Shown here: positions 40,701 to 55,399 of the stretch, piece by piece
How the letters are laid out: the number at the start of each line of letters is the position of its first letter
How positions within the stretch are numbered: the first letter of the stretch is position 1
Assembly: GCF_009914755.1 (NCBI RefSeq)
Contig: NC_060925.1
Strand: one strand, 5' to 3'
DNA from: the human T2T-CHM13v2.0 reference genome, Homo sapiens
DNA: 64,000 nucleotides
Made by a program: the position numbers and the translations under genes
Notes under the pieces: model-generated
Database searches by the model: none
What the model was told of the DNA's origin: nothing
The model's input: only the letters and a program-made list of their open reading frames with translations

Positions 40701-40836
40701 GATGAAGAGATAGAAAACTTGAACACACCAATAACAAGCAATGAGAGAAAAGCAGTAATAAGAAATCTCCCATCAAAGAAAAGCCCAGTATATGATGGTT
40801 TCACCAGCTTCTAACAAACATTTAAAAACAAATGCC

Positions 40837-41232
<396 letters not shown>

Positions 41233-42711
41233 TTATGAGGCCAGCATTACTCTGATACCAAAGCTATACAAGAACACAAAAAAGAGAAAAGTACGGGCCA
41301 TTCTCTCTGAGAAGCATAGATGCAAAAATCCTCAAGAAAACACCAGCAAAGTGAATCAAACAACAAATTAAAAAGCTCATTCACCATGATCAAGTGGGAT
41401 TCATCTCAGGGAGGCAAGGATGGTTCAATATATTGAAATTAATATAGTGATGCAATAAATTAACAGAATCAAAGATAAAAACCATATGATAATTTTGGGA
41501 GATATTGAGAAAATCCAATAAAATTAACACCCATTTATGATAAAAACACAACAAATTAGGTACAGAAATAACATATCACAACACAATAAAGGCCATATAT
41601 GATAAACCACAACTAATATCATATTGAATGTGGAAAGTTGAAAGCTTTTATTCTAACATCTGAAACATGACAAGGATGCACACTTTCAGTACTTATATTC
41701 AACACAGTGCTGAAAATTAGGCAATCAAAACAAATAAACATTGGAAAGAGCCAAATTATCTGCTTTCAGACAACATGATCACACATATAGAAAACCCTAA
41801 ACACAAAAGAAATAAAAAAGATATTCCTTGTTCATGAACTGTAAGATTTAATGTAGTTAAAATATTCATATTATCCAAAGTGATCTAATGATTCAATGTA
41901 ATTCCTGTCAAAATACCAATGACATTTTTCAAAGAAATAGAAAAATAATCTTAAAATGGATATAGAAATGCCAAAGCCCTTGATAGTCAAAGCAATCTTA
42001 ACTAAAAAGAACAAAGCTGGAGGCACCACACTACCTGACTTAAAAATATAATACATAGCTACAGCAATCAAAACAGACACATAGATTAACAGAATAGAGA
42101 ACCCATATGTAAATGCGTACATTCATAGTTAGCTGATTTCTGACAACAGTACCAGGAACATACCTGAAGAAGAATAAAACTAGGCCTCTATCTGTCATTA
42201 TATACAAAAAATCAACTCTAATTGGATTAAGGACTTAAATGTAGGACCCAAAACTATTAAATTACTAGAAGAAAACATAGGAAAAAAATGCTACATGAAA
42301 GTTGATTCAGCAAGGGTGTTTTGGATTAGACCTCAAAAGCACATGCAACAAAAGCAAAAACAAACAAGTGGGGTTAAATCAAACTAAACAACCTCTGCAC
42401 AGCAAAGGAAATAATAATCAGTAGAGTGAAGAGACAATCCAGAGAATGGGAGAAACTATTTGCAAACTCTGCATCTGACAGGAAGTTAATATCCAAAATA
42501 TGTAAAGAACTCAAACCATGCAATAGCAAAAACACAAACAACCAATTTAAAAATGGGCAAATGGGCTTGGTGCGGTGGCTCCAGACTACAATCCCAGCAC
42601 CTTGGAAAGCTCAGGCTAGAGAGTCGCTTGAGCCTAGGAGTTCAAGACCAGTCTGGGCAAGATGGTGAGACTCTCATCTCTACAAAAAATTTTTTTAAAT
42701 TATCCAGGTGC

Positions 42712-43218
42712 AGCCGGGCATGGTGGCTCACGTCTGTAATCCCAGCATTTTGGGAGGCTGAGGCAGGGGGAATACATGAGGTCAGGAGTTCAAGACCAGC
42801 CTGGTCAACAAGGTGAAACCCTGTCTTTACTAAAAATACAAAAATTAGCCAGTTGCGTTGGAGCATGCCTGTAATCCAACTACTTGAGAGGCTGGGGCAC
42901 GAGAATCACTTGAGCCCAGGAGCGGCTGTGGTGAGCCGAGATTGTGCCATTGCACTCCAGCCTGAGTGACAGAACGAGACTCTGTCTCAAAAAAAAAAAG
43001 AAAAAGAAGAATAGGGAGAGGGAGAGGAAGAAGAAGAAGAAGAGGAAGAGGAAGAGGAAGAGGAAGAGGAAGGAAGGGAAAGGAAGGGAAGTAAAGGGAA
43101 AGGAAGGGAAGGAGAGGGGAGAGGGATGGGGAGGGGAGGAGGAGGGGGAGGGGACAGGGAGGGGGAGGGGGAGGGTGGGGGGAGGAGGGGGAGGAGGAGG
43201 AGGAGTCGGAGAAGGGGA
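42712..43218 (+). mobile_element. AluS nested in AluJ, with an expanded purine tail
   Basis: Alu body at 42712-42988. TSD aaattatccaggtgc (42697-42711) vs aaattatctaggcac (43219-43233). Confidence 0.9.
42989..43218 (+). repeat. ~230-bp polypurine compound microsatellite
   Basis: A-run, (GAA)n, (GAGGAA)n, (GGAAG)n, (GGGGA)n and (GGA)n in series. Confidence 0.95.
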
Positions 43219-45026
43219 AAATTATCTAGGCACAGTGGAGTGTGCCTGTAGTCACAGCTTCTCGGGAGGCTGAGGTGGAAGAATCCCTTGAGTCTAGGAG
43301 TTCAAGACAGCAAGGATGATTGCACCACTGCACTCTAGCCTGGGCAATAAAGTGAGAACCGCATCTCCCCATCTCAAAACAATTATATATTAAAATTTAT
43401 TTGTTTATTTATTTAAAAATTTATTTAAAATAAATAAATTTTTATTTATTATAAATGACTTATTTATAAATTATTTATATTATATGTATGTCATTTATTA
43501 TAATATTTATTTATTAAAAATAAATAAATTAGTATGTTGAAGAGATATCTGCACTTCCATGTTTATTGGCGCACTATTCGCATTAACGAAGATGTGGAAT
43601 CCAACTAAGTGCCCACCTATGGATGAATGAGTAAAGAAATGTGACACATGCACACCGTGAAATACTACTCACCCATAAAGCAGAACGAAATCCTGTCATT
43701 TGCAGCAACATGAATGAACCTGGAGGACAATATATTAGGTGAAATAAGCCAGGGACAAAAAGACAAACACTACACGACGTTACTTATATGTGGAATCAAA
43801 AACATTGATCTCACAGAGCAGAATAGTGATTATTAAGGATGGGAGGAGACCATGGGGAGATGTTTTTGAAGAGGTACAAAATTACAATTAGATATGAAGA
43901 ATAATTTCTCCTGTTGTATTGCACAGTAGAGTGACTATAGCAGGTAATAATGTATCCTAAAAAACAACAAGAAAAGAGGAATGTTTGAATGTTATCACCA
44001 CAGAGAAATGTTAAATGTTTAAAATTATGAATATGCTACTTACCCAGAATCGACAATTATAGAATGTATAGATGCATTGAACCATCATACTGTACACAAA
44101 AATATGTACAATTTTATGTGTTAATTATGAAAAATTTAGAGACAGCTATGACAGTTTAATTAAGTAAAACAGATTCCCAAACTAAACACTTGCATTAGTA
44201 CCAAACCTGTAATATATCATGTGTCTAACTAAAAAATGAAAATAGTGTGAAGAAACCAATTATACCAATATATTAAAATTGATTTGCAAAAATATTTTAC
44301 AAAAATATGATATTGAATACTAAATAATTTAAAAATACTCCACAATAAACATACATTTTCATAGATAATGAGATTGTAAAAAATTGAAGAGACAGTATAA
44401 TGTAAAAATAATATATGAGAATTTCTTTTAGATTTACTGTAGAAGATACCAACATTATGTTCATTGAAATAGTAAGCTACACACTAGGGTATATATTGCA
44501 GCTGTATACAATTATAAATAATTTCCTACAGAAGTAATGAAAATCAGCCAAATAGCTTAAGTCCTAATGTGACATGGCTCTGAATTATGATAAGCCCTAC
44601 AATGCAACCTATAATTTATTTTTTAAAAGGATTATCTTATTGTCGAATTTTGTTTAGGGCTTACAATAAGAAATTTTGAATTGAGAAAATCTGGTGAAAG
44701 ATTATTGATTAATTTTTAAAAGATAATATATCTGTATATTTAATATATATGCTATTATAAATGTGTAACATTTTAAAATGTAATATTTTAATATTTACAT
44801 ATAATATATATTTGTATATATGTCATATAATGATGCATTTTACTTTATTAAAGGAAGTTATGTATATTTCAATAAAGGCAATGCTCACTGACCATAATTC
44901 AATCAAATTAAATATAACTATCATTATATAATAATAAATAGATATAATAATAATTATATAATAATTACATGTAATAAATTATATGTCATACTTATATATT
45001 CTGTTATTGTTATATAATATAATTAA

Positions 45027-45197
<171 letters not shown>

Positions 45198-46688
45198 TGA
45201 CACACTTGCTGCATCAATACCAATATCATTACATGTCTGTTTAATTATCAGTCGCTGCTCTTCACAAACATACAGGATTTAGGGTGTTTATATTCAGCTT
45301 CATTTTTTATGGTTTTATTGAAAACTTTAATATGTAGAGAAATAAAAGAACATGACTTTAGGAGATAAAACTGCTGACTAATAGTCATTTAAGTAAGTTT
45401 AAAGAAAGAAGACCGAAAGAAAATAACAGGTAACAGATATTTTGAATACTACTTTTAATTATGATGTTGCTGTGGTTTTGTAAAAATTTCTCTTTCAAAC
45501 ACATCATATTTTAGCAAAAAATTGGAATTATTAAAATTATCAGGAAAAAGCTTGATGTGGGTTTTTGAGTTACAGGATACTACTTTTTTATTATGTATTT
45601 TTCTACTCCTCTTATTCTTAGTAACTAATATAAAGTTTAGCAATTTCAACTTTATTCATCAACTCCTTAAGTCCTCCCAAGCTTTGTTTAAAATTAATTT
45701 GTTAAAGAATATGGGGTACAATGTTAAATTATAGTGTTGTAATGCTCTAATAAATTAGCAATTTTCCTGACACTTTGAGCCCTTTATATGAAAGCCCTTG
45801 ATTTCTGCTAAGTGTCATTAATTAGCATTTTAATGTAATTAAACTATTGTAAAATACTTTACATATTTTAGTGGAATATAAGTCATATTAAAATTTGTTC
45901 TTTAGAGAGCATTTGCAAAATTTAAATATATGCAAAGATTTGTAAGTGCCTTTGCAGCATATTGTAGTACTTTTGCATTAATTAATTGGGAAGATAATAG
46001 TTCCTACTAATTATTCCCATGTAGTAACGGGTGAAAATTACAAAAATAATGCTTATGTACAGAATAAAGGACAATTTATCTTGTATGCTTCTAGGAAAAC
46101 AAAACAAGCAACAAAGAGTAAACAATAAATGATCTCACAGGTTTTTTTTTTTTCAGTACCTCCTAGTCATGTATTAACAAAGATGAACACTGTTTAATTT
46201 GCTTGATAAAATCTAGTTTCCTTATGGATGAAAAACAAATCCTTGGAGTTGCTTTGCATATTGTATGGTCACTTAAAAGTCTCCCAGAAACAACTCAAGG
46301 TACTCCTAGGAAGTCCTCAGTGTTTTGAAATGCAGTGTGAAAATGTACTTGAGATGTACCAGGCACCAGTGAGTTTAAATGAGTAAACTTAAGAAGGAAA
46401 ACTGTAGACATGATTTGTTTGTGTGTGTGCATGCAAACAGTAAGTTATAAATTATCTAGAAATTTGTATACGAAATATAGTATAATCGGTTATCACAAAG
46501 GCAATGCACACAAAAAATGTAGAGTTGAACACACACAGACATATATATGTGCATGCACACAACAATTAGGCTTCACAAGGAGAAAAAAATAAAGGGTAAT
46601 TAGGTGACCAAGATTCTGGTTCAGATTTGTCATTAGCTAATCTTTGACAATTTCCATGTTATTTAACATAAATCAAATCGTCTTATAG

Positions 46689-47008
<320 letters not shown>

Positions 47009-47189
47009 AGAAACAAAATTTCTTAGAGATCATTTAGGTACCCTTACACATAATTTATGATTGCTTGGAACCACATGGTAAGAAGACTATGAAAAAGAGC
47101 AGTTAATTCATTTCTAGATTTTTATGTATTTATTTATTTATTTTTAACCTCAGTTACTATATGATTGATGGTTCCAAGTTGGAACTGTG

Positions 47190-47800
47190 TAAGACTAGTC
47201 ACATATGAGATTTTGAGATGAAAAACAAATGTTCTGTTTGGGATGGATTAAATTTGAGATATCCTTCATGTTTAATTAATATTAATCAATTATAATTAAA
47301 TTACTTAATATTTATATTGAATATAAAACTGGTTATTTGAGTCTGGAGCCCAGAAGAGACATTTTGATTTGTGGATCTACATTTGAAAACTTTCTGCGCA
47401 TATGTGGTTTTTAAAGCATAGGAAACCTAGGGACATTGCGTAAATAGAGACAGATGCCACAAACTGAACTCCAGGGCACTACCAAATTTTGAGCTAAGAA
47501 AGAGAGAACTTAAAGAATTGACCAGTGAGATTAGAAAACCTGGAGAATGGTATACTGAAACAAATGAAGTAAAGTTTTCAAAACTGACAAAGTGATTTAA
47601 TAACGCAAATCTTGAAAAATTGTCATTAATTAAAAGATTTAAAATTGACTAATGCACATACCAAATGCAGACAGATGTCAATCATTAACAAGCAGAAATT
47701 ACATGGCATGGCATGAATAAACCCTGGAAGAATGAAAAAGGGGAAATAGAAACAATTTTGAGCCTTTTATGGGGAGCAGATAAATGGTCCAGGTATAAGA
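47190..47800 (-). mobile_element. L2 fragment
   Basis: gttctgtttgggatggattaaatttgagat...gagtctggagcccagaagaga...actgaactccagggcact. Confidence 0.6.
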
Positions 47801-49849
47801 GGAGTATACAAAGTCTAGAGACCAGATCATTAAAAAAAATTGTTTTTTTCGTATGTTTTATATGTGTAGGAACATAGTTTAATTTGCCAGCAGAAAAATA
47901 TTGTGGGAAAACAAACCTGCTCTAAAACGCACTCAATTTCATCAGTTCCTTTGTGAAAACATTAGAGTTATAACAAAGTCAAAACCTATGCAAGTATGTA
48001 TAGTAGATTTTTGAGAAATTGTTGGACCTTTGTCTTTATATTTTATTAGCATGAATACAGAGCTTTCATTGTTATTGAGACATTGGGAATTATTTCAAAT
48101 ATTCTTTCAAAAATGCTAAGAATAAATGAATAAAATATATGACATTGATTTTAAAATTCGACTGGATCATTCATTTAAAATTATTTTGTACTAAATGTTG
48201 CAGTATTTTTCTAAAGTGAAACATATAGTTTTCCACTGTCTTAACGCCAAGCAGCCATTAAATATCAAATGAGTGAGATAGTGAATACTTCAAACCTAAT
48301 TTAATGAGTGGATCAAATAGTCCAAAAATTAGTATTGAAAGTGTTAATATTTAGGAAGTATTATTTTCAAAAAGAAGGAAATTACTCCCAAAGTGAATAG
48401 GTAAATGCACACACTTTAACTTTCCTTACATAATCAAATAAGAGTCTAAAATTATTATTTATTTGATAGCATAATGGTACATTTTAATTTATATCTGAGA
48501 GAACGTTACTAAATGAGATAAACTGCAGAACAAATATTTAAATGATAGGAATGATTAAATGAAGCAACAGCTAAGTTTGTGGATGAATTTTACAGATTCT
48601 AAGTAATTATGATACATTCACTTGCTCAATTTTACTGTAACAAAAAAATTTTTCTGTGAATTTCAATTGAAATACTACTGCTTGGTTTCTATATTGAACA
48701 TGGTCTTGAAAGTCATGCTGTATGCATCTAAGGGTTATTAGATATATATTGTGTGTTGCACTAGAAAAAGAACAGGATACATATTTTCTACTAATTTTCT
48801 TATAAAATAAATTTTAAAAATTTCTGCATTTACAACAAAGGCTAAGAGTTGTGGGATGACGATTACCTTCTCCAACAGGGATTTTAAGCAGAGCTAGAGC
48901 CTGAGTTTTCCTGGTCAGTTGAAAGACAAGATAATATTTTTAACTGTATATTATTTTTGTTTTTCTTATTAGTGAAACATGACTGAGTATGATTACATAT
49001 AACCAGTAATATTTTATTGCTCCAATAATTAGTATTGGTACACATTTCCTGTTACTAGTTGTTATAATAATTCTTATGTGGATAAAATACAGATACATTT
49101 GGAACATTTTTAACCTTTATTTTAAGGACTTGTTCTATTACCAGATACTTTGGGAGGATTTCGTTGCTATAGAAAATAGAAAGACAAATGATATTTTATT
49201 TTCCACACTAGGGATGAGGGGGCAGATCGTGACTACTTCACTTCTTCTTCCACTTCTGGAATTATCAGATACAAAATAGGTCATGCTGTTCGTTTTTAAC
49301 TATCAGTGGAATAGCAAATAAGTCAACATTTCTTCCACTTGGGTGATCTTCATCAGCATTTATCTTGCTTGGCATTTTTTTTTCTTGCAACTTCCTTGGA
49401 GAATATTTTTTAACATTGGTGATTATCTCATTTTGGGAGAAGGATAGCAAGTGTTCAACTGGTGTTTTTTGTGCCATGAGTACTCTGAGAAGACGGCTTT
49501 TGTAACCATTAACCCATCAGTTACCTGGAAATATCCTTACATTTTTAGATCTTTTGTTAAATTTTGAGTGATTAATAAGTTGTGTCAATCTGAAATAAGC
49601 CCTACTGAAATGTGAAAACTCTGTCAGTTATATAGAAAATTGGAAACAATTATTCTACTTTGGAGAAGTTGAATCTGCAAGTTCACTTCCCATGATATCA
49701 AGACAAAACACTTATAGGTATGTGAGTGTAGGAGTGTATGTAAGAGTCCACCACATGTCTTATGACATGTGTCTTGATTGCTCGAATTATTTTCTGACAT
49801 AAACCAACTCTCATTCTTCTCCCTCAAAACATAATTAAAATTGAGAGTC

Positions 49850-50198
49850 AAGATATGCTGCCTTAGGAATTAATTGGTTTACATAGGATAGTAAACTTCC
49901 TCTTTCACATGTAACAGTTGAAAATTATCTGGTGGATGACTCTATTCCAGGAGCACTTGGCTCCACTGTCCATAATGCATGTCTTTCCTCTCTGCAGTTG
50001 TTGCCATTTTGCAGCCTGGGTACAATGTTTTCTGTTTTATAAAATGACCTTGAAGTTTAGCACATTACTTATGCTTTCATTCTAGGTTAAAGAAATGCTA
50101 TGACGACATTCCAGGTAGACAGAAATGTGTTCATTTTTAGCATAGAGGTAAAGTTGCAAGAATAGATGTGATGAGACAATTTATCAGTTTCAGCCATA
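49850..50198 (-). mobile_element. Old MLT1 (J/K-like) LTR remnant
   Basis: gaagtttagcacattacttatgctttcattct... and a terminal ...gacaatttatcagtttcagccata. Confidence 0.4.
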
Positions 50199-50369
50199 GG
50201 TACTTAGTGGAAGCTCAGTAAGTGTGTAATATATTCTTATCGTTATCATCATTAACATTATTAAACATTATAATAATTTGAGTGGTGGAGGGAATTGGCA
50301 TCTTTATATTAGTAACTTTCCATGTGACTTAGGGAATATTCTTTTATTAATTTTAATGTCACTGAGTAG

Positions 50370-51010
50370 ATTTGTGTGTGTGTTTCTATGTATACATCCT
50401 AGAGATATTTTAGTACTTGTTAGTATTGTTAATGTTATAAATGGGATTTCCTCACATATTTCTAGAATAAAAATCTTTTGTGTATGTAATAAAATTATTA
50501 ATTTTTGAATATTACATTTTTTAAAGAAAGAAATGTTCTTATAATTTTGAATCATTTTCCCATGGTTTAGCTCAGGCCATCCAACTTAGCAATCATGCCA
50601 CATGAAATAATTGTAATTTAGACTGCTAAATTTAAATATTTACCTCTTCTTCTTTTTTCATTATTCTATGTTCCTGTTGTATAAGGTCCACAAAGAAGTT
50701 AAGTGAGAGCATTCCTATTGGGCACACTTATCTTTTGTTCAGAGTACAGTGAGAAAGCTATTGGTCATATAGCACTAAACACAATTTTGGCTCTTTGTTA
50801 AGACGTATTTCCCTATTCCTAATTTACTTATTATTTTAAATGCAATGTGTGTTTAATTTTATTAAATATATTTCAGTATACCTTGATCATATTTTTAGAA
50901 TTATTGGATATTAATAGAAGGAATTTGAGACACAAATTATTATTTCTGTAAATTATATTGACAGGTTTTTTCTCTGGCAAAAGCATTTTAGTATAATTTG
51001 TCTAATCTGG
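50370..51010 (-). mobile_element. Old L1M/L1ME ORF2 fragment
   Basis: tatacatcctag...ttataaatgggatttcc and later antisense L1-like phrases. Confidence 0.45.
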
Positions 51011-51298
51011 ATGCAATCTGATAATATTAATAAATGTTTAATGGCTACTACTTATTGAGACCTTTCTTTTAACCTTTTCCCCACAGAGTGCTCATTACAG
51101 CACAGACAACACTGACTTGAACCACCTATACAAGTGGACAATTTACATGGAGAACTTGTTTAAACTATATAAATGCTGACTTAGTACTCTGCTATGCATA
51201 GGGCACCACATATACTAGCTGACTTTCTTAGCCTACACATAAAAACTAGTTACTGTTTTCTCTTCTAGCTCTAGGGTTTTTTTTAAATGCTGGCATTT

Positions 51299-51465
51299 TG
51301 TATATATATATATACACGCACACACACACACACACAAATACATTATATTTTATATGCATATGTTATATGTACCTAGTATATGTGTATACTATATTGCATG
51401 TATTTATATTATATATGTATATATATTTATGTGTATATACACACACACACATACACACTCACATT
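51299..51465. repeat. (TA)n/(CA)n compound microsatellite
   Basis: Directly visible. Confidence 0.85.
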
Positions 51466-52585
51466 TATAATGTAAATTTTTCTACATAAGTGTGCTGGAC
51501 CTGGCTGAAAATCACTTGCTACCGTGTATTGTTAATGTTTCTTTCCCAACTTTTATGTTCAGGGATGTTATGTTAGCAGGTTAGAATTGGTTACTGTCGA
51601 AATACATACACTAGGGAAACTGGCAACTGCCACAGACTATTGTTCCCACCGGAGCGTTAGTTTTCATCATTTTTCAACATACCATTTGTTCTATGTCTTC
51701 TACTTCCACCTTAAATACTAGTTAGTAAGTTTCTTTTTATATACTTTTGCTATCTACTTAGAAATAAAACTATAATAACTATCTCTAAAATGCAATCTGC
51801 TTATTCAAAAGCGTTTTCCCCATACACATAGTTAGTATACTTTTTTGACCAAACCTATATTTACCTCAAATTAGATAGATGCACATGGCTCTCTTGTCCT
51901 AGTAATGTTTCTTGTAATGCCTTTTTTTTTTACCATGTCACAGTCTTAGAGCAATAGAAATATCATATTTATACATTGTGTACATGTTGCTTTCTTAGCT
52001 ACTGAATATTTCTAGCCTGAAAAATTATATTTGCATTATTTACTTTAAACTATATTGCCCAAATATACATTTTTTCAAGAAATAACATATTAATATATTA
52101 CTTGCAGACACTTTGGATCAGTTTCTGGCTTTCCATTTTCCTCGTGATTATGTTTCTATTTTATGACCACCACATTTTTTATCCTCACTTACATCATAGA
52201 AAAATTATTAAAGCTCGCACCAATTTAGTTCATGTCTATATGCCAATTCTTACTGTAGTTTTTTTCCAAAGAGATGAAAGAAAGCTAATATAATAGATTT
52301 TCAAAAATGTATAAGTGTGGATGGTGTGATGCTTTAGAATGAATAGCACAAGATTATTCTTAAATACTTTAGTGGGAGTTATCATTATTATTACCATTAT
52401 CTCCAATTTGATCATTGTGTCCTCTTAGCTGTTAGCTTTCTCATCAGAATCAATTGTGAAAAAGTACTTCCAGGAATGCAATTAGATAAATTAACATTGG
52501 CTGAAGCATAGATACCATTAATATCTTCTAAGCAATATATTTTTTGAAAAGATATGAGAGAATTTTTAACCCACAAGGTTTCAAT

Positions 52586-52621
52586 ATGTTGAAATGCTTA
52601 AAAAATGTTGAAATGCTTAAA
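52586..52621. repeat. 19-bp-period tandem duplication
   Basis: atgttgaaatgcttaaa at 52586 and 52605. Confidence 0.85.
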
Positions 52622-53504
52622 CAATAATTATTGTAATTAACTTAATCCAGTTAATTAAAATAAACATTAACATTGAGTGCTGTAACTTATTAATTATTGA
52701 AAGCATAATTAATAAATTACATCCATGGTATAATTTCAAAATTCGATCTGTAAAATTATGGTTAGTTATATTTAGTCACTACTACATGATATAAATTATT
52801 TGCAATTTGAATATCAGATTTCAAAAATATATTTCATAGCCAAATGTCCATTTAAGCCAGAAAAGTACAGTTAAAATAAACGTTTCATCTGAAAAGATAT
52901 CTTACAGTTTAATGTTAGGATGTTACTTAGTATTTAAAATGACTAAACAATATAGAATGTGACCATTTAGAACAAATAAAAATGCAAATAACTAAGCACA
53001 GCTACCCGTGTTAATTATGAGGCACTTAGATTAGTTGTCATTTGTTTATAAAAGCAATTCTCAGAACAGGTGATTGTTAAACCATCAGGATAACTGAATG
53101 AAAAGATGTTAGTGTAATGACAGCAATAAAATATTCTACATATTCATATTTTACAAAGAGAAAGTTAAAATTCTTTTTGATATCTAATTCAGTAAAATAA
53201 GAATTATAAGAAAAATTTAAAACATTTCTAGCTTATTGAAATGTACCACATAAATCTGTATTGTTGTCATAAAAACTGATTTCTTTAAAACTGTATATAT
53301 TTTATTAAAGGCAGTTTAGAAAAAAATAATGTTATATTGATAATATATGACACATACTAATTTTTGCCAAAACCAAATATCTCCAGTGATAAATATTTTG
53401 AAAACACATAATCCAAATAATAGATGTCTTTCTCCCTATGTGTATATATACATGCATATATATATATACATATATATACATATATCTGTATGTATGTATA
53501 TAAG

Positions 53505-53854
<350 letters not shown>

Positions 53855-53994
53855 TAAAATAATGCCTTTTGTTAGATCAGCAAGTTTTCACGAGTATTTT
53901 CTCAAATCCTGTCTTGTCTCCATTCTCTCTATTCTTTTGTTTGATGAGACCCCAATAACAAATATTTTAGAGGTTTCTACTTTCATCTCCAATA

Positions 53995-55399
53995 TGTTGC
54001 TCTGGACAGAGTTAAACAGCCAAGGAAAACTTTATTCAAGAATATTGCAATAAGAGGATCAAAACTATTGAAACAGAGAAGTAAAATTGAACTCAACTCC
54101 ACTGAAATAAAACGCAGGAGGATTCTTAAATGCTAGGCTGAGCTAATGAAAGAAGTTAGAGGGGATACTGGTCACTGATTAGGCCATTTGTTTTTTCTAA
54201 CTGATGTTTATTGCAGTTAGGCTCCTATGCCACCACTGAATCTGGGAGATAGGGACTCTGTCATTCTTGATGGCTACATTTCATAGGGAGAGCTCCCAGG
54301 TATTTGAGAAAGATACTTCTGGGTTGTACAATTAAGGAGAGCTGGGAGAAGATTTCCATCTCAAAAGAAAGAGAAAAGAATGTGCAATTACACATTTCCT
54401 CATGCCGACACTCTAAGCAATGGGATATCAGGCATCTACAGTCGGGAAGAAATCTAAAAAACTGAAACAAGTAAATAACAAAAAAAACAAATAATTAAAA
54501 AATGGACAAATGATATAGATAAACATTACTCAAAGAAGATACACAAATTGCCAACAGGTATATGAAAATATCCTCAATATTATTAATCATCAAGGAAATG
54601 CAAATCAAAACCAAAATGAGATATCACTTTACCCCAGTTAGAATGGCTATGATCAACAAGACAAAAAGATATCAAATGCTGGTGAGGATGTGGAAAAGAG
54701 AAACTCTTACATGCTGTTGGTAGGAATGTAAATTAGTACAGCCATTACAGAAAACAATATAAAAGTTCCTCAAAAAATTAAAAAGAGAACTACTATATGA
54801 TTCAGCAATCCCACTACTGGGTATATATGCAAAGGAAATGAATCAGTATGTTCAAGAGATATCTGCACTCCCATATTGACTGCAGAATAACTTACAATAG
54901 TCAAGATAAGGGATTAATGTAACTGTCCATCAATGGATGAATGGATAAAGAAAATTTGGTATATATACACAATGGAATACTATTCAGCCATAAGAAAGAA
55001 TGAAATCCTGTCATTTCCAGCAACATGGATGAGGCTGGAGGACATTATGTAAAGTAAAGGAAGCCAGGTACAGAAAGATAAACGCTACATCTCACTCACC
55101 ATTAGATAGAAGAAATAAGTTGTAATGTTTCAAGGCACAGTAGGGTCACTATAGTTAACAATAATACATTGTGCATTTCAAAGTAGCTAGAAGAGAGGAT
55201 TTTGAATGTTCTCACCACAAAGAAATTATGTATGTTTAAGGTGACTGATATGCTAATTATCCTAATTTAACATTGTATGTACATGTATCAAAACATCATG
55301 CTGTACCTCATATGTACATTATTATGTATCGATTAAAAACAAAATAAAAGAAAACCTTAAATAAGTAAAATAAGGGGATTATTAACACCATTTTGGTCA
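53995..55399 (-). mobile_element. MER31-like (MER4-group ERV1) solo LTR split by an L1MA (53995-~54460 and ~55350-55399)
   Basis: gagttaaacagccaaggaaaactttattcaag...gaactcaactccactgaaa...ctcccaggtatttgagaaaga; terminal ...ccattttggtca after the L1. Confidence 0.7.
54465..55349 (+). mobile_element. L1MA 3' fragment
   Basis: End of ORF2 (gaaatgcaaatcaaaacc...aatgctggtgaggatgtgg) and an L1MA 3'UTR with an A-rich tail. Confidence 0.88.

Larger units (their letters stand above)
42564..43379 (+). mobile_element. AluJ split by a nested AluS
   Basis: Left arm at 42564-42711; right arm resumes at ~43221. Confidence 0.85.

Noticed and set aside
42944-43273. 109-aa Lys/Arg/Gly-rich ORF
   Set aside because: It is a translation of the purine microsatellite.
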